The translations under genes and the position numbers were made by a program. This document shows positions 1 through 16,298 of a DNA stretch of 64,000 nt, piece by piece. Source of the DNA: Eledone cirrhosa (lineage: Eukaryota); assembly GCA_964016885.1 (NCBI GenBank), contig OZ024740.1:324012001-324076000 (forward strand). Reading direction: 5' to 3'. Every line of letters starts with the position of its first letter. The stretch's first letter is position 1. Under the pieces are notes generated by a model. That model was given only the letters and a program-made list of their open reading frames with translations. It made no database searches and was not told the origin of the DNA.

Positions 1-313
1 CAGACGGTACTGATACTATTATATCTATGCTACTGTTACCAACATCACCACTATTGTAGTCTCTCTGCTACTTCCATGCAAGCACCTCCTAATCCTTCAA
101 CTTTTATTACTATCAATATCGTTTATTTAATCAGTTATTGGCTTGTTGTTCAATAAATCTCTCTCCTGCTGAAACTGTCATCGTTCCTACATTTTATGTA
201 TTTGTATTGACACGCAGCAACACCCACGTTTTTACCGTCCTGTGCTGTCCTTAATGTTATACTTTGTGTCAACCCTTGTGGTTAATAAAGAAAACATTAC
301 TAATTATTATTAT

Positions 314-527
314 GTGGATCGGCAGTATCGGTAGAGGGTCGGGCGCCATGCTTTGACGCATAGAGTTACGGCCCTTGCCATTCTGAGTTCAAATCCCGCC
401 GAGGTTAACTTTGCCTTTCATCCTTACGGGGTCGATAAAATAAAGTACCAGTAACGCACTGGGGTCGATTTAATCGACTTTCCCCTCCCCCAAAATTGCT
501 GGCCTTGTGCCCATATAAGAAACCATT
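314..527 (+). mobile_element. tRNA-derived SINE (family A, long form)
   Basis: A-box-like GGCAGTATCGG, B-box GAGTTCAAATCC, conserved body AACTTTGCCTTTCATCCTTACGGGGTCGATAAAATAAAGTACCAG and 3' GCTGGCCTTGTGCC..GAAAC; many dispersed copies in both orientations. Confidence 0.9.
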
Positions 528-733
528 GGTGGATTGGCAGTATCGGTAGAGGGTCGCACGTCATGCTTTGACACATAGAATTACGGCCCTTTCCATTCTG
601 AGTTCAAATCCCGCCGAGGTCAACTTTGCCTTTCATCCTTACGGGGTCGAAATAAAGTACCAGTAATGTAGTGGGTATTTGCTGGCCTTCTGCCAAAAGT
701 AGAAACAATTATTATTATTATTATTATTATTGC
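528..733 (+). mobile_element. tRNA-derived SINE (family A, short form) with (ATT)n tail, tandem to the previous copy
   Basis: Same head, body and 3' end; lacks the GGGGTCGATTTAATCGAC..CCCCTCCCCC segment. Confidence 0.9.
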
Positions 734-2220
734 TATTATTATAGTGACACCATCAACGATGAAGACAATAGTGACAACAGCAGCGATGGCAACAATATTG
801 ACAACGGCAGCAACAATGCGACATAAAACCAAAAAAAAGATCATCTGCAATCAGTCGGAAATCGTGTCAACACTCACCCACCACCCTGCAATCTAAAGCA
901 CCTCATCACTCAACCCCATTTCTAACCTATGACAATATCCTTGCCACCACCTAAACAAGCACTGCACCAACACTGTAATCTAAGACATCTCTGTTGAAAC
1001 CACGGCTCTACTCCTGTTAACTAAAACATCTCATCACATCTGCCTAAACCTCAACAGCATCTAATCTAAAACACTACACCACCTCTATATAAACACCCAC
1101 CTTTCTTAGAAACCCCTGTTGACACCACACCAAACCTTCCTAAAGAATGTCAACACCTTCATTATCTGCATCACCCCCCCCCCGTCATCTATACCCCCAT
1201 TCTAAATAAACACCCCACCTCTACTACACTACACCTCCACTCAATGCCCAACCTCCTCTACTACTCACCCACCACACTGCTCTCCCACCCATCTTAATTA
1301 CGGTGCAGTAAGTTGCTTTCTTTGTTTATTTTAATATTGATAAATAGTTGATATGGCAACAGTATGGAGTTACAACTGTCGTCGCCATATTTTTATTATA
1401 AAGCCCCCCCCCCCATCACACAACCACCACCATCATAATTCACCTGCTCTCCCCACCGACACCATAACAATGCAGTGCTGATTAAATTTCATCATCACTT
1501 CTACGCCCCACTCCACCACAGCCACCCAACCATTACCTTCACACAACCAGCATCACCAGCGTCAATCATCCGACCCACCTCCAGCTCAAAGTTGACTAGC
1601 CACAATGACCACCATATCCACCACCAAATACTATCGTTCCTCACTACCTTGTGGTGTTGACTAACTTTACTATTCTGGTTACTGTTGCACACTTAATGAC
1701 TCTTATTACAGTGTATATAGGTCGGGATCGCATGATTGACATACTCTATAGTTCAATTTGCAGGGAAATAGCAGGGCGATAACCCCTACAGACGGCGCTG
1801 ATCCCAGTTTTTTTAAAGACTTGTTGGCAATGCAGTAGGAATGAAACTCCATAAGCTTGGTTAATGAAAGCAACGGAGATATTTCGATTACATTTGCTCA
1901 ACGAAATATTCACTTAGCAAGGTGTCTAGAATAGATATAGAAAAGAGGAAAACACACACTCACGCACATTGTATATACATATATTCATATAACCATACTC
2001 CACAACCCCAAGTATCGAGTACTCTGGTGAGTAATGGTCTAATCAGTTTCTTACCGAAACCATCTTGATATATATATATAAGAAAGTGAGGTTTTTTTTA
2101 CAAAATGAAAAATAACCGAGGTGTCCTACACGAGTGAAAGTATAAAGAAAAAGAGATGAAATCGAAAATGCAACTGGAGTCTTATTTTTAAAAAAAATAT
2201 ATATATTTATTTGTTTGGTT

Positions 2221-2258
2221 CCTTTACCGGTTTCGCAGTTCTTCTGCTTTTCAAAAGG
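2221..2258 (-). ncRNA. Minimal type-I hammerhead ribozyme, U3-A8 core variant
   Basis: Minus strand reads CCTT-TTGAAAA-GCAG(aagaa)CTGC-GAAA-CCGG-TA-AAGG: stem I CCTT/AAGG, stem II GCAG/CTGC, palindromic stem III ACCGGT, GUA cleavage triplet. Confidence 0.7.
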
Positions 2259-2293
2259 TGAGTTGAGATGGAGGGTCTGTGGTTTTTCTCACA

Positions 2294-2331
<38 letters not shown>

Positions 2332-2508
2332 CATACATACATACACACAAAGGTAAGTTGAAAAGTTCATAGACTGTCTATGAAGGAGACCCGAAAATCT
2401 TGCATTAATTTCAACTATTATTAATAACAGCATTGTTTCTTTCCAGGGACTATGTTGAAAAATAAACCTCATTTGCTCATTCCACGAGTCTCAATTAGTA
2501 AAATCTTA

Positions 2509-2539
<31 letters not shown>

Positions 2540-3003
2540 TATATACACACATACAAACATGGTGTATCAAAGTGAATCATCCTATATATATATATGTATT
2601 TTTGTAAATCAGATAATTCTCTTTGATGATATACATATATATATATATATATATATATGTATTTATATGTGTGTGTGTGTGAGGTTGGGTGGAGGCGGTG
2701 TCTACACAATTCATGTGCCAATCTTTGATTGGTCCTCTGAGGACGACCGCTGAATTCACTCATATTTCAATCCCACTGGATAGCCACTGTGAAATCTTAG
2801 CAGATTTAATGATGTGGTTCCTAACTGTAAATAACACCATTCATCTAAGTCTTAGATGAATGGGGTTACTAAGATCCTAAGATATCCAGAATATTAAGAT
2901 GGGTGTTGTTGAAGAATTTAAGCCTCGCTTCGTTAAGTTTCTTTACTTAAGTTCCACCATCTTCAGCAGGTTATTATCAATGTAACCGAGTCTCATGCAT
3001 AGC

Positions 3004-3063
<60 letters not shown>

Positions 3064-3208
3064 GGACTTTCGTCGGTACCTATGACGAGCATTCTAGATA
3101 TTTGACGAATCACGGAACAACCTGCTTGTTAAATTAACATACAAGCGGCTGAGTATTCCGCAGACAAGTGTACTCTTAAAATCATTCTCAGGAATATTCA
3201 ACGTGATA

Positions 3209-3241
<33 letters not shown>

Positions 3242-3292
3242 ACACAGTTGTTCCTTTGAATTAAAATTATTACATAATGATTGTCTACGTTC

Positions 3293-3426
3293 TGGCCCTT
3301 TACGTTCTGAGTTCAAATCCCGCCGAGGTTAACTTTGCCATTCATCCTTACGGGGTCGATAAAAATAAAGTACCAGTAATGCACTAGGTAATTGCTGGCC
3401 TTGTGCTAAAAGTAGAAACAATTATT
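3293..3426 (+). mobile_element. SINE family A, 5'-truncated
   Basis: B-box, body and 3' end match the other copies. Confidence 0.85.
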
Positions 3427-4299
3427 GTCTAAGTCGTTGTGTGTACCGTTACAGTTCTCAGGGAGATTCAACGTGACTTTATGTATGACAAAACCGGCCC
3501 ATTTGTCATTTACTTTTAACTTCAAATTTGTATTTTATGACACCCGCCCCCCGATACACACTTCAGCCATAGCACAATGAAGGAACGCCTTGTAGCCATA
3601 TTGTTTTTTATGTTCATATTTGGTGAAGAGTTGCAATACGTCCATTATCTCCAGCACAGACGACACCAAGAACAACAACGCAACCGCCTAAACCATCGTT
3701 ACTACTACCACTAGTACCACCACAACCTTCACTACCACCAGCGCCATTACTACTTCTATCACCGCCATCACTGTCACTAGTTCCGCCGATACTACCACCA
3801 CCACCACCACCACCACTAATATCACTACTACCACTACTACTACCACCACCATCATCACTACTACCACAACCACCACCACCACCACCTCTACTTTTATAAC
3901 TAATAATCCCCGTGAGATTGGACAACCTTTTCAAATATTCAACCACGGAGGTCATTTAGTGTAATGAGGGGGGGGGGGGGGAGAGTCCTGTATAGTATCA
4001 TCAGTGTCAACAATATCAACAATAGAGTCAACAACAACAGTAATATCATCAACAACAACAACAATGATAATAGTAATAACAAACGTAATGTCATCATCAT
4101 CGACAACTACAGTAATGTCGAACACAACAACAAAAACAGATTAATGAAAATACAATCGAAATGTCACTGATATTTATGTGGGAAAAACGAATAAAAACAT
4201 TTGGAAAATAGAAAGAAATAAAATTATTTTCGACATCAGTTCGGTCAAAACCAGTTCTGGTTCTGGGAAACAAAACCTGCTATATTAGAGGGTTTCTAT

Positions 4300-4790
4300 T
4301 TAAGCCTTTTGATAGCAAACCGGCCCAAACGGGCTCTGGTTCTATCATACAAAATCGACCATTTGAAAGAATTCCTATTTAAACTGTTTGATACCCACCC
4401 GTCCAACCCGTATCATGCAAAATTAACCATTTGAAAGGGTTCTTATATAAAGCTTTTGTTACCAGCCAAGCCAAAACGGGCTCTGGTTCTAGTATACAAA
4501 ATTAACCATTTAAAAGGATTCCTATATAAAGCTTTTGTTACCAGCCAAGCCAAAACGGGCTCTGGTTCTAGTATACAAAATTAACCATTTAAAAGGATTC
4601 CTATATAAAGCTTTTGTTACCAGCCAAGCCAAAACGGGCTCTGGTTCTAGTATACAAAATTAACCATTTAAAAGGATTCCTATATAAAGCTTTTGTTACC
4701 AGTCAAGCCAAAACGGGCTCTGGTTCTATCATACAAAATCGACCATTTTAGAGGGTACATATATAAACCTTCTGATACCAACCCCGCTAA
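4300..4790. repeat. 79-bp minisatellite, about 4 near-identical units plus degenerate flanking units
   Basis: ACCAGCCAAGCCAAAACGGGCTCTGGTTCTA recurs at 4461, 4540, 4619 and 4698 (last copy ACCAGTC...). Confidence 0.9.
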
Positions 4791-5605
4791 TAATTAATCT
4801 TGTTCTACGACGCAAAACCATTTTAAAGGGTTCTAATTTAAATTAAAATAACCAAATATAATTTTACTTAAAAATAAACTCGGTTAGTACTCCGAGACAA
4901 GTTTTGCTCGATACAAGTTCAAACCATATCTCATTGAGTGAGCAACTGGGATCAAACGGATTTATGGCGAATATTCCCTATAAACTCATCAATGTATATA
5001 TAAATAATATATTAAGTTATTTTACAAATACAGATGTTGCACATTCTACATTTATTAATTGAAATACAAAGTACTTAATTAGAAATATGGGCCTGAAAGC
5101 GTTAATAGCTCTGTGTCTGCCTCTGCCCTGTGTGTATGTGTGTTTGGGAATGTACACAAAAACACACATACACACACATTCCATCACAGCATTTCCTACA
5201 ATGCGAGAAAAGGAGAAGAGATGGTCACAGTGGGAACGCTGGAAATTGAACACAACGTAGAAATGTTGATGCAATTGTTGCTGCTGTTGTAATTATTATT
5301 GCTGCTTTCGTTCCTGTTAGTAATGGTGGTGTTAACCTTTGTATCACTACTGCTGTTGCTGCTGTTGTGGCTTAAGGTATAAGTGAAGATGGTGTTTTAT
5401 CGTAACAAATTAGTTCTACACAGCATGATAGTCTTGATTTCATAGGTGCTGTTGTTATTGTTGAATTTTCTGCAGTTGTTAGTGTTTGTTGTTGATTCGG
5501 TTGTTGTATTGACATTTCACAGTCTGGAAGATGATTTGTAGATTGCTGTCGGTTTACTAAACACAACCATCTCACACACATATTCGGGCTTTATCAACAT
5601 AGAGA

Positions 5606-7592
<1,987 letters not shown>

Positions 7593-7600
7593 GTTTTAAT

Positions 7601-7836
7601 ATAGATGAGATTCTACAGGACTAGAACTGTTTGATTCTTTAGAAATCATCAGGAATCTGGGTATATAGATGAGATTCTACAGGACTAGAACTGTTTCATT
7701 CTTTAGAAATCATGAGGAGTCTGGGTATATAGATGAGATTCTACAGGACTAGAGCTGTTTGATTCTTTAGAAATCATCAGGAATCTGGGTATATAGATGA
7801 GATTCTACAGGACCAGAACTGTTTCATTCTTTAGAA
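7601..7836 (-). repeat. 64-bp tandem repeat (3.7 units), each unit a hammerhead ribozyme fold
   Basis: Units start at 7601, 7665, 7729 and 7793; minus-strand consensus AGATTC-CTGATGA-tTTC(taaa)GAAt-GAAA-CAG(ttctagtc)CTG-TA-GAATCT. Confidence 0.8.
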
Positions 7837-7882
<46 letters not shown>

Positions 7883-7886
<4 letters not shown>

Positions 7887-8176
7887 AGTGTAACTTGGAG
7901 TTACTGTAGGTTCACCCGGGTGAGCACTCGATGTTTAGGTTCACGTCTGTATCGAGGTGTAGAGTTAGACAGAGTGTAGTATAATAAAATAAAACAAGGA
8001 TGAGTGGTTACTCCTTCATTCTATCATTACCACCAAAAAGGGTCCGACGAGTCGTTGATTACAGAGTCAGGCTAGATCGATACAGATCGAACCGTCAGCT
8101 GATCGGTGGCGAAACGCGCATCACCACCCAATAAACGTAATGAAGGAGTAACCACTCGTCCTTCTTTTATTATATA
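7883..8176. mobile_element. Degenerate inverted pLTR-like pair in (AT)n
   Basis: AAGGATGAGTGGTTACTCCTTCATT (~7996-8020) is inverted at ~8138-8164; GAAACGCGCATC followed by AATAAA; left extension carries GAGTGCT on the minus strand. Confidence 0.5.
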
Positions 8177-8377
8177 TATATATCTCCTAAACGTCTGTTT
8201 ATCAGGCAACTGGAGTTTGCTTTTGAGAAAATTGAATGAGAGACTTGTTTCCACATTCATGAATAATAATAGTTCTACCTTCACCACAGCCATGTAGTAT
8301 ATATATAGTGTCATATATATTATTATACATGGCAACAACTACAATGACAACACTGTATATATATATGTGTGTGTAAA

Positions 8378-8471
8378 CAGGGTGTCCTCCAAAAATGTGT
8401 ACACACTTCATTCTAATAAATATTGCCTGTGCAGGTAATCAAAGCGTGTATACATTTTTGCGGACACCCAG
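8378..8471. mobile_element. Tc1/mariner-type MITE
   Basis: Imperfect TIRs CAGGGTGTCCTCCAAAAATGTGTACAC / GTGTATACATTTTTGCGGACACCCAG; related copy at 48252. Confidence 0.65.
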
Positions 8472-8473
8472 TT

Positions 8474-8540
<67 letters not shown>

Positions 8541-8542
<2 letters not shown>

Positions 8543-8644
8543 TAATAACATAGGGCGTGATATATCTTCACTCACAGACATCGAATAAATGCATATAATG
8601 TGATACATTGTTATACATTTGTTAATATATATATATGTATATAT

Positions 8645-8733
<89 letters not shown>

Positions 8734-8866
8734 AAGAAAGAGAGAGAGAACATATACATACATGTACATATATATATATTCTAATAACATAGGGCGTGAT
8801 ATCTCTTCACTCACAGACAGCGAATAAATGCATATAATCCGATACATTGTTATACATTTGTTAATA
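8541..8866. repeat. Local direct duplication of an ~85-bp unique segment separated by microsatellite
   Basis: TCTAATAACATAGGGCGTGATAT...ACATTTGTTAA at ~8542 and ~8780. Confidence 0.85.
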
Positions 8867-9217
8867 TATATATATATATATATATATACCCCCCCCACAC
8901 ACACACACACATATATATACATACACACATACACACACATATATATATATATTTATATAGTCGACATACTCACACACATTCCGATAAAGACCATGATGTA
9001 TGTATGCTGACATGTTGAATATTCATTTATTCATGCGAAACATCTAGGTTTGCCAATGGATAGAACCACCATCGATGTCAACACCACCACCACCAACACC
9101 ATTTACGACCAACACCACCGCCGCCGCCGTTGTAAGGCGCGAATAGAAAAAAGTAAAACGGGGGAAGCATATCCAGAAACACGTATGTCATAGCCACGCT
9201 CATACACAAGTACACAA

Positions 9218-9264
<47 letters not shown>

Positions 9265-9499
9265 CAAGTATATTAATAGGCGTAACACGCCAGCGGATGG
9301 ATCCATATATAACTATTTATGTGTGTATGTATGTATGTATGTATGTATGTATGTATGTATGTATGCAAGCCTGGATATGTCTGTGTATGTATATGATGCA
9401 TCTCACCGTCATAGCGACATGGGCTCGGATAAAATGAGATATGGAACATATTCTCAACATAGACACGTTCATTTTCATATACATTATGTATCATACTTG

Positions 9500-9562
<63 letters not shown>

Positions 9563-9788
9563 ACACATATGATGACATCAGATTACGTAATTGCATATAT
9601 ATATATTATATACACCTCCATACATACTCAAGCACAAATATATCTGCATATATACACCCATGAGCTTATGTAACGGACAGTATATGAATTATGAAGATAA
9701 ATTGTTAGAAGTAGGAAGAGTGTCAAAAGAAGACGAGGAAAGAACGATGACACATCAGAAAATTAAGATAAAATAAATTTATATCAAA

Positions 9789-9861
<73 letters not shown>

Positions 9862-10189
9862 AAGGTTCACAGTGATATGGACAGAATATGAATGAATGTA
9901 GCATTGGCAACAACAACAACAACAACAACAGCAACAAGATTGCTAAGATTAGCATCAGCAACAACCGATGATGTAATAGACATTAGCAATAAATAAACAT
10001 GAACAACAACATGAACAGCAACAATTTCAACAACAACAAGAAAGGAGCTAATTGTCAGAGCAGAACAAAGAAAGATGGTTTCCGTTTGTCTTTCTGTCGC
10101 TGGTAATCAGTCAGTTGTAGAAAGCGACGGAGTTTGAACTCAGAATGCACAGGGACTGATCAAATACCGTCTTAAATGTCTAAAGTCTG

Positions 10190-10470
10190 TCTCAAGCCCA
10201 GCGGCTCATCAAGCCTGTGCTTATCTCGGTTCCCGTGGCGTAAAGTGACTGAGAGTACAAGACTCTCCCTCCACCCGGTCAGGAGGCCAGTCCATCGCAG
10301 GGTGGGATTAAATCCCTAGATATTGGTGGTACTCATCTTTTTCAACCGAGTATACTGGAGCAACGCCAAAGGAAGTGTTTGGCTCAAGAACACAACAAGC
10401 AACCCAGCCAAGGAATCGAACCCACGACATTATGATCGTAAGTCCAACAACCTTACCACTAGGCCACGCA
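10190..10470 (-). mobile_element. tRNA-derived SINE (family B, CORE/V-like body)
   Basis: Minus strand GCGTGGCCTAGTGGTAAGG (A box), GGTTCGATTCC (B box), TGTGTTCTTGAGCCAAACACTT; related copy at 51664. Confidence 0.7.
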
Positions 10471-11176
10471 CTTGCACGATTAAATACCGACACAATTACA
10501 ATTGCTCCAGTCCATAGCATTCAGATTGTTCAAATTTTTATTGATTCTGAAATGATAAAAGGCAGAGTTAATCTGGTTAGGATTTGAACTGGGAGCTCAT
10601 TGAGTCGGAAAAATACCGAGCCATATAATCTATCGTGCTAATGACTCTGCCATTTCACTGCCTGAACAACATGATCAGCAGAAATAGATGATGTAACAAC
10701 AACCAAATACAAGAAGTAAAACATCAACACCAATATGAACAATAACAGCAGAAGGTAATGTAAAAATAAACGTTATCCTTAAACAACAATACGAAAAACA
10801 ACAACAGCAGCAGCAGAATATGATGTAAAAATAAATGTTATCATTAAACAACAATAGGAAAAACAACAACATAAACGATCAATGGTAGAAAAACTATCCT
10901 AACCACAACAGATCATGTAATAGACAAGAGCAATAAACAAACACGAACAACAATAAGGTAACAAGTTGAACAAAATAAATATGACGGGGAATATACAATC
11001 CCAAGCACAAAAAACAGCTGCAATGACAAATACAACGATTACAGCATAATTTAGAAGACAATGCATCATAATTTAGCGAATGGTGTCCTTTTTTATAGAA
11101 GAGATATAGCTGTGACATTAACGTGTCTGTGTTTAATCTGGAGTGAACGTCAAATACCGTTAGAGAAAATCGCTAT

Positions 11177-11305
<129 letters not shown>

Positions 11306-11427
11306 ATGAAAGAGGAATACAAATAAAACAGGTGTAGCAAGTCATTCAGTATTGTTGCTAGGTATAGACTTAACAGCTTTATGCCGCTTGGTAATGTCAC
11401 AAGAGAGATTAGCTCTTTAAATTGCAG

Positions 11428-11462
<35 letters not shown>

Positions 11463-11696
11463 CAGTTATATAATGTTTAGCTTATCACAAAGGAGCCAAT
11501 TGTATGAATAGAATAACCATTGGCTGACATCATCATGGCCTTTACTACAATTTCCCTAAGCCAACCATATGCAAAACCTAAAAGTCACTATCAAACATAT
11601 TGCACATACATACACAAACAGACGGTAAATAGACAGGGAGGACAAACGAACAAATCACCGATTTCCCTCATTAGCCACACGATTTCGTACGTTTAT

Positions 11697-11777
<81 letters not shown>

Positions 11778-12384
11778 GTGTGTGCGCGCGCGTGCACGTG
11801 TGTGTTTGTAGCGGGCAAAGCGTCAGAAAAACAAAATCGAGGGAGAATCTGGAAAAAATTAAATGATAGTAGTTTAACACAGAGTCGTGAAAATCACTCC
11901 GTAACGTTTCCATCTATGTCCTTCCTTAAATGGTAGAGAGGAGAGAAAAGATAATGTAAGGGAAAAAGGGAAAGCTGGGAGAGTTGACAAGAAAGATTCT
12001 ATTTCCTAAGACATACCTGTTGAAAAAAAGAGCTTAAGTAAGAGAAGATAACTTTACAGAAGCTGTAGTGTGAAGATGCAGTCATGAGTGAGTGGACACA
12101 ATGCGTGCGTGAGAATAGTGAAGTGTTTAAAGAAATTATGGCGGCGTGTTCAATCCAGGTGAATATGAGGTATTGCGATGAAAATAGAACTGTTGTCCAT
12201 GGCTTAATCTGGATTGATTAAACCTCTGATGGAGACTGACATGTGTCTGGGAGGCCAAAAGTGACTTGAATACTACGGTGGTAATCAGCGAAGCAGTCAG
12301 CCAACCGACATCCCATCAGTCAAAAGTATAGAGTGCGAAAGGTTTAACTATTCAGATGTACACAGAAAAACATGCGAATTTATT

Positions 12385-12418
12385 TTACGCATTTCAGACA
12401 TTTTTGTGTCTTCATCAG
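12385..12418 (-). ncRNA. Hammerhead core with degenerate stem I
   Basis: Minus strand CTGATGA-AGACA(caaaaa)TGTCT-GAAA-TGCG-TA, then AATAAA. Confidence 0.5.
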
Positions 12419-12942
12419 AAGATAATTATTCCCTCTGATAGTATAAAACTCTGTGCCCATTTCTGGCAGCAGCTTTATTCCGTTGACAAATTAACTTCCT
12501 CCGTCCATAGAGAGTTCATATTTTTAATATTTTAGTAGCACATGTATAATTTCCCTTTTTATTGCACTTAACTGACATATCAGTTAAACTGTGACACACA
12601 CACACACACACAACACAGACACATATATATATAACACACACATGAATTCCGATGGCAGACCCCCACCCTGTTTCAGCTTGTTTTTTCAAAGGTGGTGGAT
12701 CTTAGGTTCCTACACACAACAACACATATAAGTACTCACTTGATGAGACACTATGCCGTGAGCTGAAACCCTATAGTATCTGTAATGTCGCCAGGAAGAT
12801 GTAGAAATATAAAGACAGGTTACATGTAATAAAGATATTATTCCCTACAGCTATTGTCATATATGTAAACAGGGCAGACCTCAGAGAGATAGGGGGAAAC
12901 GAATGTGAAAATCACAAAATGAATACTGTTCAATCTGTCTCT

Positions 12943-12992
<50 letters not shown>

Positions 12993-13028
12993 AAATATGG
13001 ATGAGAGGAGGGGCTGTGTGGTTAATGA

Positions 13029-13210
13029 TAATTGTTTCTACTTTTGGCACAAGGCCAGCAATTACCCAGTGCATTACTGGTACTTTATTTTATCGACCCT
13101 GTAAGGATGAAAGGCAAAGTTAACCTCGGCAGGATTTGAACTCAGATCAGAAAGGGGCGTAACTCTGTGCTACAAAGCATGTTGTCTGACCCTCTACCGA
13201 TACTGCCAGT
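13029..13210 (-). mobile_element. SINE family A
   Basis: Reverse complement of the family consensus. Confidence 0.9.
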
Positions 13211-13350
13211 AGGTAAGGAGACACAAATAAGAAGTGGACAGTCTCCCTTCATCAGTAGTTAACTACGGATCACGGATGTTTTGGTGCATTATTAACTATA
13301 CATCTATCCGTAGCGCGCCCATAGCCTTTTATCAATCTCTCTCTCTCTCT

Positions 13351-13401
<51 letters not shown>

Positions 13402-14013
13402 CACACGCACACAAACTTATACACAGACACACCTTCCAACGAACACCGTCGACAAATATACAGCATATCCGCTCTTGTATTGTTAGAATAATAAATAAGG
13501 ACGTGCTTATATAGTTTGTCTTATTACTTTAAACGAAATAATGTTCAAATGCTTCAGGTAAAAGAGAAATGTTCGAAGATAAGGGAACGCTAAAGTTCAA
13601 CATCAGCATTTTAGTGATACCACAGGTGCAGACATGGCATCATATGGAGAGAGACATTAGATTTTCATATGCTCCATCTTAGCTCTCCGAGCCATGAAGC
13701 GATGTACGAAACGAACCAATCGCCCCTTACTACATACAGTGATTCCCTGTACTTAAGTTAGAAATCCCTGTCAAGAAACTGAAAATAAACAGGATGATTA
13801 AGGTTATTCTTTTTTTCTAACACCAGTCTTGCTCAATCTTTCTCTCTCTTCTTCTTTCACTTTCGTTCTTTTTTATTTTCATCTAACGTCACTGATGCTC
13901 TGTTTTTTTCTCTCAGTGCTCCTTCTCTGTCTTCCCCTCTCACTCTCTGTGTGTGTCTCCCCGATTTCTGTTTCCCTGTTTCTATCTAACACCTTCACTT
14001 TGTCTCTAAATCT

Positions 14014-14089
<76 letters not shown>

Positions 14090-16298
14090 TTTATTTGGAA
14101 ATGTTGAATGTTGAAATGTTTTCTGTTCAGTAACAACATTGCCAGCAAAACATGTCAGAAAAATTAAGACTTCGTTCTTCAAAAAAAGCTTCGCTGCAAC
14201 ATTCTTGTAGAGTATCATCGGGAGAATTTCATCCTCTTCCCCCTCCTCTCTTCTTCCCCTACATTCAACACCCTCCTCCTCACCTTCCCCATCGTCTTCA
14301 TCATCACCTTCGTCTTAGTTTTTCCATCATTTTCGTCAATTTTTCTACTATTTCTTCACCATCTTCTAGAAACTCATTTTTCCCCATATTTTTTTTTAGG
14401 GGTGTTTATTCAATTTTACCGATTAATCCTCCTTAATTATTTTGTCTTGTTCCTTGTGCTTTACATTTAAACATTGACAACAACAACAATAACACCAAGA
14501 ACATAACACAATATCGATGTTTACAGAACTAATCATATTCGGTGTACAGTTTGTTTTGACCAAGGTAATTGTATTTCACTGTTTTCATTATAGTTTCAGG
14601 CATGTTTTTCTCCTCCCAGCTATAGTTATTTACATTTTCCTACATTGCTGAATATTTCGAGCAATGTACCTCATTCAAATATGACACACTTCTCCCAGCT
14701 AACAACCCCAAACAATTAGATGGTACTTAGTTTACGGTAAGCCAAAATGCACACACACAGACGCTATTCGTGTGTGTGTGTGTGTGTGTATATAGATGAA
14801 TCATTTGATCAACCAAAACATGAGATGTCTTTATACAATGACATTTTCCTTCCTCCATTGCACCCTTCTAATTTGACACGCAAACGTTTGACCATATAAG
14901 AAGTGACACTAACAGACTGGTTCATCATAGAAGTGTATATGAAATCATACAAGATATCTTTACGCATAAACATACAAGAGCTGCGCTATGAATATTTATA
15001 ATAGTTGTGCGAACATGAGTCTCACCGCTACAGAGACAGCTGTGACATGACGACAGTTTAAAAACAATATAGCTACACCTTCGTATGTTTATTATACATA
15101 AACGTTTCATATATGCTTTCACACACATTGTTATTATCAGTAACAACATGAAATATTTCATAGGTACTTAGAATTAGTCCGTCGCCTGTAATAAGACAAT
15201 AAGACCACCGTCCTTTGGTATCTTACGCGGTATCTACTCCCTTGCGTTATCTACTCAAAAACATCCCAGAAAGGCCGCTGATTTGCAGATAGACACCTTT
15301 CATCCTTGCCCTGTTCCTGTCACCAGAATCGTTTGCCTGTCATGCCCAAGTACACGTGACAACGGCTTGGTGAATCACATATCTTCTTATATTTTTGCAG
15401 TGTTGTCAAACTTACTAGCAAGCATGTTTCTCATTTTCTGACTTGCGCCCACCAAAACCAACATGTCCACTCAACCACACAATCAGTCACCTATGATGAA
15501 TAACCATAAAAAATCCCGAGAAACCTCCAATGAGGTGCCACCTCGTAGCTTGCGAGCTAAACTGTAAAGGTGTCAGCTGTAACGACGTGTGTGTGTGTGA
15601 TAGAAGATGGGTCTATCATTAAAAATCCCGAGAAGCCTCTTCGTAGGAGGCCAGTTAAACTTACATAGGTGTGAGTTGTAACAACCACAACAGCTAACCG
15701 ACCGACATGTCAGCCAGCCAACCAACAAAACAACGAGCTAGCCGACCAGCCAACCAACAGACTAGTCAGCCAAACAAAAGACCAGTCAGATAACCAGCCA
15801 GCCAACCAATCGTCCGACCAGTCACAGCATTGTGTCAAGTGTTCTAATTATCACGCTGTGACAATAAAGACTTCGGTTGACAGAAAGACAAAAGTCACCT
15901 CCCTTCTCCATTAATAAAACACTCTTGGGTACGGGTTCGGGACACACGAGGATGGGGTACTGTGAGAAATTAACCCAGTTATATTACTATGAATTACTAA
16001 ATATATACGTATTTCTTTTCTCTTATTGAAATGTCTTAATTATGAGAGGAATCATCAGTAGACGGAGATATGGCCTAAAAATAAACATAAACACATCAAC
16101 TCAAAATAAAATGACAGCCAATATGGCTGCCCACGTGCTGTATGACATGTAAATATATAGAAGTGTGTATGAGAATACATATAGATATGTGTACGTGCTC
16201 GTAAGTGCTTGTATATGTGAGTATGCATATGTCTGCCTATACTCATGGCATATCTTTTACTAATACAAGTGAGTAATCATTTCATTATATATATATGT

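Noticed and set aside
314-400. tRNA gene
   Set aside because: A/B boxes continue into a SINE body shared by about 20 copies; no canonical anticodon arm
2731-2970. Additional hammerhead-like cores (CTGAGGA..GAAA at 2737-2806; minus-strand CTGAAGA at ~2960), also ~12740 and ~19620
   Set aside because: Stem I or stem II does not pair convincingly; at best decayed remnants
7601-7836. CRISPR array
   Set aside because: The whole 64-bp unit repeats, with no variable spacers
13550-13800. Possible host exon in higher-complexity sequence (also 15180-15470)
   Set aside because: Frames checked at 13550-13800 hit stops, neither region appears in the ORF track or gives a recognisable protein, and short or UTR exons cannot be excluded without RNA-seq
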